Origin: a virus
IMG/VR virus record: IMGVR_UViG_3300049845_000291
Span: 1 to 64,000 of that record
DNA length: 64,000 bases
Strand: one strand, 5' to 3'
Shown here: piece after piece, positions 55,285-64,000 of the stretch
Layout: each line of letters opens with the position of its first letter
How positions within the stretch are numbered: the first letter of the stretch is position 1
Made by a program: the position numbers and the translations under genes
Notes under the pieces: generated by a model
The model's input: the letters and a program-made list of their open reading frames with translations, nothing else
Databases searched by the model: none
Told to the model about the DNA's origin: nothing

Positions 55285-55713
55285 TTACATTCTGGGTGGT
55301 TCGCCAGCGACCACGCCACCGCGTGGGTCTGCAAACTCTGCGCCGATCATCTTGTCGTCATCGCCGCCGAGCTCGACCGAAGCCAGCCCGCCGCCGATAA
55401 CAGCGCCCTTCGGGCGCTTGACCTTGACATAGTTCATGTGGAAAAAGTCAAGGGCGTTCATGCCGTTGTTCAAACGACCCTGAGACAGGAGCTCCCAAAG
55501 TGGGTACTTGTCAGCGTGAACTGACGTGATAACCGACTTCAGCCGCTTCTTGTCGATGGGGTGCAGCTTGTCAACTTCAATCCCAAAGAGCGTGCCGTCA
55601 GCTGTTTCCTTGACAATGGCGATCTCCTTCAGGAGGCCATCGTCGTTCCAATCAACCAGCCATACGTGCTTCAGGTCAGTGGGACGCTTCTCAATTTTCG
55701 TTTTTGCAGCCAT
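55285..55713 (-). CDS. Hypothetical late protein
   Basis: AAGGAG RBS; TAAATA at 55799-55804; own terminator. Confidence 0.65.
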   Translation of the reverse strand: MAAKTKIEKRPTDLKHVWLVDWNDDGLLKEIAIVKETADGTLFGIEVDKLHPIDKKRLKSVITSVHADKYPLWELLSQGRLNNGMNALDFFHMNYVKVKRPKGAVIGGGLASVELGGDDDKMIGAEFADPRGGVVAGEPPRM

Positions 55714-55817
55714 GATAGACTCCTTCACGGGACATCGTGAACGATTTACCGCTTGAGCACATGCTCTCGCGAACCCTTTGTACGCCGAAGCGTAAGTCTA
55801 TTTACATGGCTGGTCGT

Positions 55818-56117
55818 TTAGACCTTGTAGATCTTGACGCGGTACTGGTACGGCTCTCCCTTTTTCAAGGCGTGCTCTTCCTCGAGCTCGATGCAGAACC
55901 CAGCCTGCGATCTCTTCTTGAAGAACCTGAGGACCTTCGCGGCGTGAGTCCAGTTCTCAAGGACGACATGATGAACAAGCTTTGGGGCCTGCGCTAAGAC
56001 CTTGTCGATCTCATCGATGAACTTTCCCTCGGCATCTGGGTCAACGACCTCGACGTCTGGAAATCGAGCATGCAGGGCGTACAGCAGCTCTTGCAGCCGG
56101 CGATGGGAATCACTCAA
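55818..56117 (-). CDS. Hypothetical protein
   Basis: Overlaps the RNase H 3' end; GGAGG upstream. Confidence 0.55.
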   Translation of the reverse strand: MSDSHRRLQELLYALHARFPDVEVVDPDAEGKFIDEIDKVLAQAPKLVHHVVLENWTHAAKVLRFFKKRSQAGFCIELEEEHALKKGEPYQYRVKIYKV

Positions 56118-57144
56118 AGGACAGCCCTCCGATTGGTTTCGCCGCTGGCTTCTTCTCGAGCTTCACTGGTGGGGCGCTTGGCCGCGTGCCACTAAACATC
56201 GGAACAAAATCGATTGCGCGCTCGGCGATCTGTGCAAGCTTGTACTTCCCAAGGAACTTGTTGAAGTGGAAGAAGTTGAACGTGCCGTGATGCTCACTCT
56301 CGTGCTCGATCACCTCGGTGATGAGCTGGCGGATCCGTTCTGGTTGCGCCGACAGGTTCATTAGCAGGTTGTTCTCTTCGAACATCCTGGCCACGGACAT
56401 CATGCGCTTGTCGCCGGTCTCAGGGTCCATGAACTCCCACTGCGACTCGAGCAGGTTTGACATCGTGAACGCGTCGGCCTTGAGTGGATCGACCTTGTTG
56501 CCGACAACGCCGTACGCCTTGTGCAGCTTGGTGGCGCGAACACGAGGAAAGGCTGGCAGCACGTTGTCGCCTGCATCACCACGCATGCACTTCTCGAACA
56601 TGAAGTACCCAGCGTCGTCAACGCCGCAGACCGCCTCGACGGTGCGTTGCTTTCCGTCGTCCGGATTCAGAAGCTTGATGTTCGGGCTGCCCAGGAGCTG
56701 CACGAAGTCCTTGTCGCCAGACAAGATCACGACCTCATCACCAACCGCACTGAAGTGCTGCGCGTACCCAGCAATCAGGTCATCACCCTCAAGCTCTGGA
56801 TGGACCAGGGTCACGATGTTTGTGTGCTCACGAGCTAGGTCCTCGAAGGCCCGCATGACGTCGAACAGCACGGCCATGCTCGGGTCGGCGGTGCGGTTCC
56901 CTTTGTACAGGCGCTTGCTGTAGCACTCGTCAGACTTGGTGTACTCCTTGCGCCAGTTCTTCTTGCCCTCAAAGACGATGGCCAGACGATCAGGCTGCAC
57001 GTTCATCCAGTGCTTTCGCAGCGACATCAGGGACATGTGCAGCCCGAGCCCCGCGGATTCAGAGGCATCAGCCGGGCCGTACCTCTGCTGGGCGGCCACG
57101 GTTCGCCAGAACAGGTTTGAGACGTCGCAAACAAGTCGTTTCAT
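56110..57144 (-). CDS. rnh: 5'-3' exonuclease / RNase H (T4 Rnh-like, FEN/PIN fold)
   Basis: CDVSN, WRK...YKGNR, EGDDLI, SGDKDFVQL and GDAGDNV. Confidence 0.88.
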   Translation of the reverse strand: MKRLVCDVSNLFWRTVAAQQRYGPADASESAGLGLHMSLMSLRKHWMNVQPDRLAIVFEGKKNWRKEYTKSDECYSKRLYKGNRTADPSMAVLFDVMRAFEDLAREHTNIVTLVHPELEGDDLIAGYAQHFSAVGDEVVILSGDKDFVQLLGSPNIKLLNPDDGKQRTVEAVCGVDDAGYFMFEKCMRGDAGDNVLPAFPRVRATKLHKAYGVVGNKVDPLKADAFTMSNLLESQWEFMDPETGDKRMMSVARMFEENNLLMNLSAQPERIRQLITEVIEHESEHHGTFNFFHFNKFLGKYKLAQIAERAIDFVPMFSGTRPSAPPVKLEKKPAAKPIGGLSFE

Positions 57145-57356
57145 AGCTCTTCCAAAATCTCGTCTTGACTGACGCCAAAGGTCAGTCCATCAGTTCGGTC
57201 TTCATGAGAGACCTTGAAGGGCCATTGGCCAGCATCACGGATCTCGCGAACAATCAGACGGTCACCCTTCTTCGCCAAGTACCCGCCTGGGTGACAGTCA
57301 TCGGGACCTTCATACAGGTCCCTCTTCATGATCACCTTAGATCCAACTGCAATCAC
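57141..57356 (-). CDS. Small SH3-like hypothetical protein
   Basis: Coupled ORF; VGSKV...AKKGDRLIV. Confidence 0.55.
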   Translation of the reverse strand: MIAVGSKVIMKRDLYEGPDDCHPGGYLAKKGDRLIVREIRDAGQWPFKVSHEDRTDGLTFGVSQDEILEEL

Positions 57357-57667
57357 AGCAGGTTCCCGAGCAGCCGTTTAGTGGCCTGTACCCCTATCCG
57401 ACGTTCGAACAACTCACGCGCTTCATTGAGCAGCGACTGCCAGTTCTCGAGCCGTGCTCGCTCTGAGCTCGTTGCGCGCAGCGTCGCAATGATCTCTTCA
57501 TTGTACAGATGCTCGAGATCGGTGCGCACCTCATTCAAGAGCTCTTCGACGGCTTTCTTGGAAGCATCGAGCTCGGCCTGATGGTCGGATGAACGCCAAA
57601 GAACCATCATCCAAGGAACAAGCTCCTTGAGACGTGATTCAGCTAGATCGTATCCAGAGTGTGTCAC
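57353..57667 (-). CDS. Hypothetical protein
   Basis: Coupled ORF. Confidence 0.5.
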   Translation of the reverse strand: MTHSGYDLAESRLKELVPWMMVLWRSSDHQAELDASKKAVEELLNEVRTDLEHLYNEEIIATLRATSSERARLENWQSLLNEARELFERRIGVQATKRLLGNLL

Positions 57668-58008
57668 TTCATGTTCATCCGGCCAGACAACGTTGGGTGC
57701 GAATCAGATTGCACTGGGTCATCACCACCTGTCAGCTCAGTAGGCTTCATCTGAGAGGCATAGAAGAACAGCTGCACGGTGTCCTCCTCGGTCTCAGCCT
57801 GAAACCCCATGCTGTTCAATCGGTCAATGAAGGCCTGGTTCCAGTTGAAGCCAACCTTGATACGACCATCGTCCTCAAAGCCAACGACCTCGAACATCGC
57901 CCAAGGCTCGTCGAGCTTCTCTTGCTGCTCAACGAACAGGGCCTTGCCGTCAATGGGCTTTGGGGCCTCATTGAACCAGTTCTTGAAGCGCTTGAGGAAG
58001 CTCACCAT
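57664..58008 (-). CDS. Conserved-looking hypothetical protein (EPW...FNWN..F motif)
   Basis: Coupled ORF in the replication module. Confidence 0.6.
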   Translation of the reverse strand: MVSFLKRFKNWFNEAPKPIDGKALFVEQQEKLDEPWAMFEVVGFEDDGRIKVGFNWNQAFIDRLNSMGFQAETEEDTVQLFFYASQMKPTELTGGDDPVQSDSHPTLSGRMNMK

Positions 58009-58364
58009 TTACCCGCCGTGGCCATGGCCTTGACCGATGGCATGACACGCTTCAGCTCAGGCTCAACTGTCGTACGCAGACGCTCAGCGGCCATACTCTC
58101 GATGAGCGTGTCGACGATCGCTGATACCGCTGTTGTGGGATCCGTTTGCTGCAGCGCCTGCACTGTGATCTGCGCCGTGGTGCGCTTGCCGCCGAAGGCC
58201 AGCGTGAAGCCAACGATCTGCTTGTGCGGATCAATCTCTGCGTTGCAGCGTGGCTCCCACTTCTCAGCGAGCTCTTTGTACTTCGTGAGCTCGCTCATGG
58301 CGTGCTCGAGCTGGGTTTCAAGTCGAGCAACGTACTCGCTGCGGTTCTTTTCGATGTCGTCCAT
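58002..58364 (-). CDS. Hypothetical protein
   Basis: AGGAG RBS. Confidence 0.6.
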   Translation of the reverse strand: MDDIEKNRSEYVARLETQLEHAMSELTKYKELAEKWEPRCNAEIDPHKQIVGFTLAFGGKRTTAQITVQALQQTDPTTAVSAIVDTLIESMAAERLRTTVEPELKRVMPSVKAMATAGKW

Positions 58365-58372
58365 GGGCGCTC

Positions 58373-59095
58373 CTATGAGTATTGGATCTTTGGGATGGCT
58401 AGCAGGGTGTGCTTGTGCGCCTGAAGCTTGAACTGCCCAGAGCGCATCAGCGCTGTACTTACAACGTCGTTCTGTGACGCAAGATGCTCAAGCATCCCAA
58501 GAAGCACACCGGCGTTCGTGCAATCGAAGTTGTTCACTGCTGGGTAAGGGGCCTCGATGAACTCCGCCGGCACTGAGAGCTCGGTCTCAAATCGGTCGTT
58601 GTTCTGATCCATGGCCTCAACACGAACCTGTCCATCCTTCCTGACCTGGAAGGTGACCTGCTCGGCGCCAATGGTCTTGACGGATTTCGCGATCAGGGCG
58701 ATCTCTGGCTTGGTGAGCTGCACCACCGCCATCTCCTGATCGGTGTTGGTCTTTGGATACTTCAGGAGCTTCGGGTCGGTGCAGCGGAACTCGATCTTCG
58801 ATGAAGCTCCGCGCAGCGTAAGCTTCTTGACCAGGTTGGTGTCAGTGAGCTCGCCTTCGATCAGGATGTTGTCGCCAAAGAGCTTCATGCGCTTTTCGAG
58901 CTCGACCAAGCGGCCGATCCCGAACGCAACACTTGGATCGATTGAGAGCTCAATCGTGCTGAAGATCGCGCCATGGTGTTGTGGGTTCAGGCCACGTACC
59001 AAGCCTTCATGGATCACCGCATCTTCCACTCCAGCGAGCTTGCAGGCGGCCAGCGCCGAGCGCAGCTTGAGAACGTCATCAGAGTTCAATTTCAT
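58373..59095 (-). CDS. DNA polymerase sliding clamp (gp45-like)
   Basis: 240 aa, directly downstream of PolB; MKL...L N-terminus; FGI..L..L and IEFRCTDP pattern. Confidence 0.65.
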   Translation of the reverse strand: MKLNSDDVLKLRSALAACKLAGVEDAVIHEGLVRGLNPQHHGAIFSTIELSIDPSVAFGIGRLVELEKRMKLFGDNILIEGELTDTNLVKKLTLRGASSKIEFRCTDPKLLKYPKTNTDQEMAVVQLTKPEIALIAKSVKTIGAEQVTFQVRKDGQVRVEAMDQNNDRFETELSVPAEFIEAPYPAVNNFDCTNAGVLLGMLEHLASQNDVVSTALMRSGQFKLQAHKHTLLAIPKIQYS

Positions 59096-59110
59096 GATCG
59101 AATTGTACCG

Positions 59111-61930
59111 TCAAAAGGTGAAAACGGATTTCAGATACGCGGTTTGAGGAGTTGGAAGCTCTTGACCCAGAGCCTCAAAGATCCCCTTGATCTTCATGTC
59201 GATCAGCTTCTGTTCAGTGACCTGCATGTCGATCTGGAAGTTCTCCTTAAACCACTCTGGCAGGTGCATCATGTCCGCCGGGAACGCGATGCTCTTGAAC
59301 TGCCAGCTGTTGGGTCTCAGGTAGAAGATCACGGCCTTGTCACCAGAGCGAATGGCCTTACCACCTGGGTCAAAGGCCTCAAGGCACTCGTTGTAGTTCA
59401 CCGCGGCTCGCACGTGTCCTGGAAGCCGCACCTTGCCTCTACCGATCTTCTCGGTGCGCTTCCACTCAGCGTACAGCGCATCCAGGTTGTTCACCTGCTT
59501 CGCGGTACCGAGCGCCAACAGGTCCTCGGTGCGATGAATCAGCGACCCGCGGTGAGTGTTCACAAAGCGCTCAAGCTCATCATGGTCCTTGCCACTCAGC
59601 ACCAGGTCCATCAGGCCCTTCAGGAACTCCTGCACGACCTTTGGCGTGTCGGCTTTCTTGATCTCAGAGCCCATGCTCTTGAGTTTCGGCTTTGCGCGAA
59701 GGTCAGCTCCCTCAAGGTTCACCACCTTCAAGGTGTATTTTTTCTTGGCGAACAGGAACAGCCCCGCTTCTGCAACGACCTCACGGGCTGCCTGAATTAG
59801 GTTCTCGCGGCCACCAGTGCAGTTGAACTTGGAGGCCATGAACTCAGGGAAGGTGGCGTTCGTGCGAGCCGCAACCTCATCAGCTGTGGCGACGGCCTCC
59901 TCGTAGTTCGAGGCGCGCGTCATGAAGTAACACGAGTCTGTATCCCCGTAGATCACCTCATCCGTTCGAGTGTAGTACACCGCACCTTGGGTCTCGTCGT
60001 TATCACCGTCTTCCTCCCCAAAGATCATCGGGGCAGGTTCGGTTGGAAGCCTGTCGAGGGCCTCAAAGTTCTTGGTGTACCTGTTCAGCGAGTGCGAGAT
60101 GCCTGGCACGTACGTGGACTTGTTCCCAGCCTCGCGCGTGTACGAGTACCGCTTCTCAATCTTGCACGGCTGTCCCGTGACCAGCTCACCAATGGTCTGC
60201 CCCATGTGGATGCTGATCTGGCGGCCAGTGCCAGTCACTGATGCACCGATCTCTCGACGACCGAAGCGGAATGCCTCGTTCAAGAGCGCGCCGTACGTTG
60301 AGTTCAGCTGGATCTTCTTGGTGAGCTGCAACAGGTCGTAGTGCTCGGCCTGCCGTTCGTACTCAGCTTTCTTTACTGGATCGGTCTCTTCCTTGGCGAG
60401 CTTGGAGTACTTCTTCTTCTCAGCTTGCAGGCGTTTTCGCTCACTGAACCAGAAGGTCAGCGTGTCAGCCACCATGCCTGGTCGCGCTTGATCGAACACC
60501 GTACCAAACGCGCTGATCGCCCAGTTCATCTCACGCAGCACGTCGTACCATTCCGCGCCAGTGCGGGTATCAGCACCCCAAGGCATGTCAAGACACCAGA
60601 GGTTGTCATCGCGGGCATTGATGCCGTTCCAGGCTTTCTCTTCCTCGGTGAACTGTCCAATGAAGGTCTCGACCGACATGTTCAGGGCGCGAATCACTGA
60701 GGGGTACAGTGACGTGATGTCGACAGATCCGATCCAACGGTGCAACCCGGCCAGCGGAGTCATAACGATGGCACCTTCGACCTTGGCGTTCTCGGTGTCT
60801 GGAATCACCTTGTCCGTGCAGATCAGGTTGTGCACCTGATGCGCGCGGTTCATGATGCCGGTTTCGACATATCGAACGGTGCCAAGAATTGCCTCGAACG
60901 GCACCGTGTTCTCGTGCGCCATCTGGTTCACGAGCTGCATGAGCTTGAACTTCTGGTCAAGCTTGACAAGCACCTCAACGTCACGTGCGTTGTACGTGAT
61001 GAAGTGCACAAAGTCGCGGTTGTACAGCTGCTCTAGGGTGCCATCGTAATCGAGCTTTGGAACGTCAAGCTCCTCAGCGGCAATGTTCGCCAACGAGTAC
61101 GAGACACGACCTTCGAACGTGAACTTCTTGAACAGATCAAGATAGTCGAGGTGGGTGCGGCCACGCAACGAGTACACCGTTGTCTCAGTGCCGAAGCGAT
61201 TCACCTTCCTTGCACGTGGCAGCCCACCACCTGGAAAGCACAGCCTACCAGTTCCCTTGGTCCCAAAGAGCCGCTCAAGTCGCTTGATGATGTACGGCAG
61301 ATCGAAGAACTCAGAGTTCCAGCCGCTGACAATGTCGGCTTCTTCGATCTCCTCGAGCATCCCCGCAAGAAGCTCACGCTCGTTCTTGCAGATGAACACA
61401 TTGGGCTCGAAGCCGAGCTTGTTCTCGATCCATGACTGAACGAGCTTCTCGCGGAACTCCTTCTCGTTCAGCTTGAAGCCCTTGGGCGGCACCACGTACG
61501 TGATGTACTCGCGAGTCCAGGACTGGTAGATCGTGACCGCGTTGATCGGGGCGTACGGGTTCTCTGGCGAGCTGAAGCCGATCTTAGAGTCGTAATCGAC
61601 CTCGATGTCGATGAACGCGTAGTTCACGACCGGCGTGGCGCGGCCTTGGTACACGTCCATCAGCAGACGTGCAAGTGGTTGCACGTCTGACTCGAAACGG
61701 CGGCTGAACTTCTTGATCAGCGCCTGGAACTCGTCCTTGTCATTTGCCTCGACCTTGGCGAGCTTCTCACCCGTGATCGAGGTGTACTCACCGTCCGGGC
61801 TCGGCACGTAGAAGTACCGAGGCGGTTCGTACTCACGCAGGCCGCGTGGGCCACCGGCGATTGGACGCTCCCAGACCAGGATCTTGTCGTGATCCTGGTC
61901 GTAGACCGCGCTGATGTACGTGTTACTCAT
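59111..61930 (-). CDS. Family B DNA polymerase (gp43-like)
   Basis: Exo DIEV, GWNSEFFDLPY, YNARDV; Pol DITSLYPS, KIQLNSTYG, YGDTDS and KKKY. Confidence 0.96.
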   Translation of the reverse strand: MSNTYISAVYDQDHDKILVWERPIAGGPRGLREYEPPRYFYVPSPDGEYTSITGEKLAKVEANDKDEFQALIKKFSRRFESDVQPLARLLMDVYQGRATPVVNYAFIDIEVDYDSKIGFSSPENPYAPINAVTIYQSWTREYITYVVPPKGFKLNEKEFREKLVQSWIENKLGFEPNVFICKNERELLAGMLEEIEEADIVSGWNSEFFDLPYIIKRLERLFGTKGTGRLCFPGGGLPRARKVNRFGTETTVYSLRGRTHLDYLDLFKKFTFEGRVSYSLANIAAEELDVPKLDYDGTLEQLYNRDFVHFITYNARDVEVLVKLDQKFKLMQLVNQMAHENTVPFEAILGTVRYVETGIMNRAHQVHNLICTDKVIPDTENAKVEGAIVMTPLAGLHRWIGSVDITSLYPSVIRALNMSVETFIGQFTEEEKAWNGINARDDNLWCLDMPWGADTRTGAEWYDVLREMNWAISAFGTVFDQARPGMVADTLTFWFSERKRLQAEKKKYSKLAKEETDPVKKAEYERQAEHYDLLQLTKKIQLNSTYGALLNEAFRFGRREIGASVTGTGRQISIHMGQTIGELVTGQPCKIEKRYSYTREAGNKSTYVPGISHSLNRYTKNFEALDRLPTEPAPMIFGEEDGDNDETQGAVYYTRTDEVIYGDTDSCYFMTRASNYEEAVATADEVAARTNATFPEFMASKFNCTGGRENLIQAAREVVAEAGLFLFAKKKYTLKVVNLEGADLRAKPKLKSMGSEIKKADTPKVVQEFLKGLMDLVLSGKDHDELERFVNTHRGSLIHRTEDLLALGTAKQVNNLDALYAEWKRTEKIGRGKVRLPGHVRAAVNYNECLEAFDPGGKAIRSGDKAVIFYLRPNSWQFKSIAFPADMMHLPEWFKENFQIDMQVTEQKLIDMKIKGIFEALGQELPTPQTAYLKSVFTF

Positions 61931-62261
61931 CGTCACCGTACGATGAGTGATCGGGCGGCAGCAGCCCCATCACCGCGTTGATGAGTGCTTCAAGCTCCAA
62001 GACGTTGTCTTTACGCGCCGAGTAGTCGTTTGAGTACACCATCGCCACGTAGTAGTTGAAGAGCTTTGGGTTCAGATCAAGCTCGTTGCGAGCAACGTCT
62101 CGCAAGCTCTTGATGGTTTCTTGCTCGAGCTGGATCTTGGTCTTCGACCGAACGGCCTCATCAACCAGGTTTGTCAGCTTGGCCTTTGCCGCCGGGTCTT
62201 TGAGGATGTCCTCAATCGGGCGAAAACGGCGAGTGGGCGGTTCTTTGGTGATCAGGTTCAA
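61923..62261 (-). CDS. dsbA: T4 DsbA-like dsDNA-binding protein
   Basis: L..LV.EA...K..I......IK.LR..A..EL.L..KLFN pattern matches T4 DsbA. Confidence 0.7.
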   Translation of the reverse strand: MNLITKEPPTRRFRPIEDILKDPAAKAKLTNLVDEAVRSKTKIQLEQETIKSLRDVARNELDLNPKLFNYYVAMVYSNDYSARKDNVLELEALINAVMGLLPPDHSSYGDDE

Positions 62262-62326
62262 GGCTTTCTCCTAGTACGAAGAAAGATTGTAACGAACGCG
62301 TGATGACGTAACACCCAGCCGGTGGA

Positions 62327-62719
62327 TCAGTTCAGTGTACGTTCTTGTTGGACCTCGATCAGCTGCGCCAGGCCAAAGGCGTGAATTGCCTTACCCTCAG
62401 CTGGGTCTACATTGGAATCTACCACCCAGACCTTCGCGATCTCGTTGGCGCCCCAATCCTTCGAGATCGTTGGCTGCCCGCTGTGTTTTGGATTCACCTC
62501 ACTGAGGAGCTTGAACTGCCGGGAGGTGGAGGCCTCATTCAGCGCACGCGTCAGGTCGCCAAGCACCCCATTGCATGACTCGACCGCTGCTTGCAACGTG
62601 TCAAATTTCTTCGAGCTCAAGATCAGGTCCTCGGCCCCCGGGACGATGGCCTTGAGCTTCGTTGGAATCACACCTGCTTCTGAGAGCTTGACGCTCATGG
62701 CGAACTGGTACTGCATCAA
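62327..62719 (-). CDS. Hypothetical protein
   Basis: Coupled ORF. Confidence 0.55.
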   Translation of the reverse strand: MMQYQFAMSVKLSEAGVIPTKLKAIVPGAEDLILSSKKFDTLQAAVESCNGVLGDLTRALNEASTSRQFKLLSEVNPKHSGQPTISKDWGANEIAKVWVVDSNVDPAEGKAIHAFGLAQLIEVQQERTLN

Positions 62720-63165
62720 TGCACCTTCAACGGTTCAAACTCGTACAGCTCCTTGAGGGGTGGCAGTGGGAACTGGTGATAGCAGACCTTGGCCTCAATG
62801 AAATCCTGGTCCTCGTGCTTGACGGTGACCTGGCTGAAGATGAAGGGGTTGTTGAAACCTGACACCGATACGATGTCACCTTCTTCGTCGAACTCGATCT
62901 TCGAGTCGTCTGGCTCGGCCGTCGGCAGGTACATCGGGTTGAACTCGGTCGAAGGTTCAAGCTTGACCTTTGACAGCTCCAAGATCGTCTCCACGGCTTT
63001 GTGAAGCTCCTTTGCAGCCTGAATGTCGGAGTCGTATGAGGTGCTTGTCACGAGCACTGTGCTGATCGCATCTTGGTTCGTGAACAGCTCAAGCAGCGAG
63101 CTTGCGGCCCGCTCATGCAAGAGCAGCGTGTAGAACGACTTTGTGGTGCTTGGAGGGGTGATCAT
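62716..63165 (-). CDS. Hypothetical protein
   Basis: Coupled ORF. Confidence 0.55.
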   Translation of the reverse strand: MITPPSTTKSFYTLLLHERAASSLLELFTNQDAISTVLVTSTSYDSDIQAAKELHKAVETILELSKVKLEPSTEFNPMYLPTAEPDDSKIEFDEEGDIVSVSGFNNPFIFSQVTVKHEDQDFIEAKVCYHQFPLPPLKELYEFEPLKVH

Positions 63166-63998
63166 GAGTCAGGACCTATGACAAGCTCGTGATCCAAGGA
63201 GACTGCTTCATCCGATCCTGAAAGGCCAGTTCGGATGAAGGTCGGCTCGTTGTGTCGCTGCACCACCAGCGCCGGGAAAACTTCAGCCAGGGCTGTTGCC
63301 GTGACCATCAGGGTCTTCACGGCGTCATTGAGCTTCACGACCAAGTACCCATTCACCAAGGAGCTCAGAGGTGCCCAGATTGATCGCTCGCGGTCCAGGG
63401 ACGTGTATGGCGAGCGGGCAAACAGGATTGCCACATCGCTGAGTGGCGTGCCGGCGCCGGCAACTGTGACGCTCTTAACACGGAGCTTCACGTCGTTGAT
63501 GGGCTGAACGATCTCGTCAAAGTCGAGATAGAACAGGTGCCACTGGTCGGTGCTGGGTAGTTTCCTGACGTAATCAATGCCTTCCCACGACCCAAGGCCA
63601 ACGCGCGAGTCGTCGTCAATCACGTGCTCTAGTGTGAACAAGACCGTGCTGGTGGCCGAGGCCTTGCGCACGATAATGTCGACCTGCGTGTTTGTGCCGG
63701 TGATCTGGGTGTTGAACAGCACCGAGTTTGGCGGAACTGGCGACCCAACGGACCCGTCATACAACTGGTACTGATTTGCGCCGGTGCCGGCGGTTCGCTT
63801 GACACCGTTCACGTACACCTCAACTTGATCGGGCGTTGGGCCGGTAAGGTCGTACCTCAGCACCTTTCGGTTTACACCATCTTCGACACCGTTGATGATT
63901 GTGAACGCACCAGAGCGACGGTAGGTGTACTGCCGATAGTCCTGGGCCGTTTGATTCTCGGCCTCGAGCTCCAGTACGCACGGCCCGACGGACTTGTT
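63162..63998 (-). CDS. Beta-rich structural-like protein, 5'-truncated by the window edge
   Basis: Frame is open to the window end; VEVYVNGVKRT motif. Confidence 0.6.
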   Translation of the reverse strand, partial: NKSVGPCVLELEAENQTAQDYRQYTYRRSGAFTIINGVEDGVNRKVLRYDLTGPTPDQVEVYVNGVKRTAGTGANQYQLYDGSVGSPVPPNSVLFNTQITGTNTQVDIIVRKASATSTVLFTLEHVIDDDSRVGLGSWEGIDYVRKLPSTDQWHLFYLDFDEIVQPINDVKLRVKSVTVAGAGTPLSDVAILFARSPYTSLDRERSIWAPLSSLVNGYLVVKLNDAVKTLMVTATALAEVFPALVVQRHNEPTFIRTGLSGSDEAVSLDHELVIGPDS

Positions 63999-64000
63999 AC

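Larger units (their letters stand above)
7801..55804. promoter_or_regulatory. T4-like late promoters TAAATA: + strand at 7801, 13101, 21329, 27793, 28464, 31117, 34372, 53252; - strand at 7954, 7971, 40265, 42903, 49122, 49475, 55799 (leftmost base given)
   Basis: AT-rich hexamer recurring just upstream of late genes in a GC-rich genome; matches the core of the T4 gp55 promoter TATAAATA. Confidence 0.75.

Noticed and set aside
59960-60185. Intein in the DNA polymerase
   Set aside because: The insert is too short and lacks a terminal HN followed by C/S/T
1-64000. Stop-codon reassignment, or tRNA/rRNA genes
   Set aside because: Genes tile densely under the standard code with TAA, TAG and TGA all ending genes; no cloverleaf or rRNA-like stretch was seen in the short intergenic gaps

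Overview
This 64 kb window comes from a large, GC-rich (by eye roughly 55-60%) T4-superfamily myophage. The spanin pair implies a Gram-negative host. 1-39.5 kb (+ strand) is a late virion operon. It holds a cytidylyltransferase-like C-terminus, baseplate genes (gp53-, gp27-, gp5-, gp25- and gp6-like), giant wedge/fibre proteins, a fibre cluster, spanins, an M23+GH108 muralytic fusion, a permuted NlpC/P60 and a PAAR gene. It is interrupted by an antisense Hef-like homing endonuclease and by small accessory genes. 39.6-64 kb is mostly - strand. It starts with a late cluster (RNA-ligase-like nucleotidyltransferase, acidic repeat protein, PD-(D/E)XK exonuclease, degenerate 2OG-Fe(II) oxygenase). 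It then holds a LexA-type DNA-binding domain, the replication core (helicase, primase, RNase H, sliding clamp, PolB, DsbA) and a lytic transglycosylase. The most notable unexplained signals are: (1) about 11 unrelated proteins, several of them enzymes, sharing [LI]-x-E leader/cleavage motifs and late promoters, suggesting a capsid-loaded, protease-processed effector cargo system; (2) a dispersed ~88-bp element with GGCGAC...GTCGCC ends and a TAGGTACT core, next to two of those genes; (3) six copies of a ~62-aa W-x-[VI]-x-HN domain across five fibre genes; (4) TGTAAC/GTTACA palindromes upstream of a peptidase-less LexA. All functional calls come from motif recognition by eye; no database search was run.
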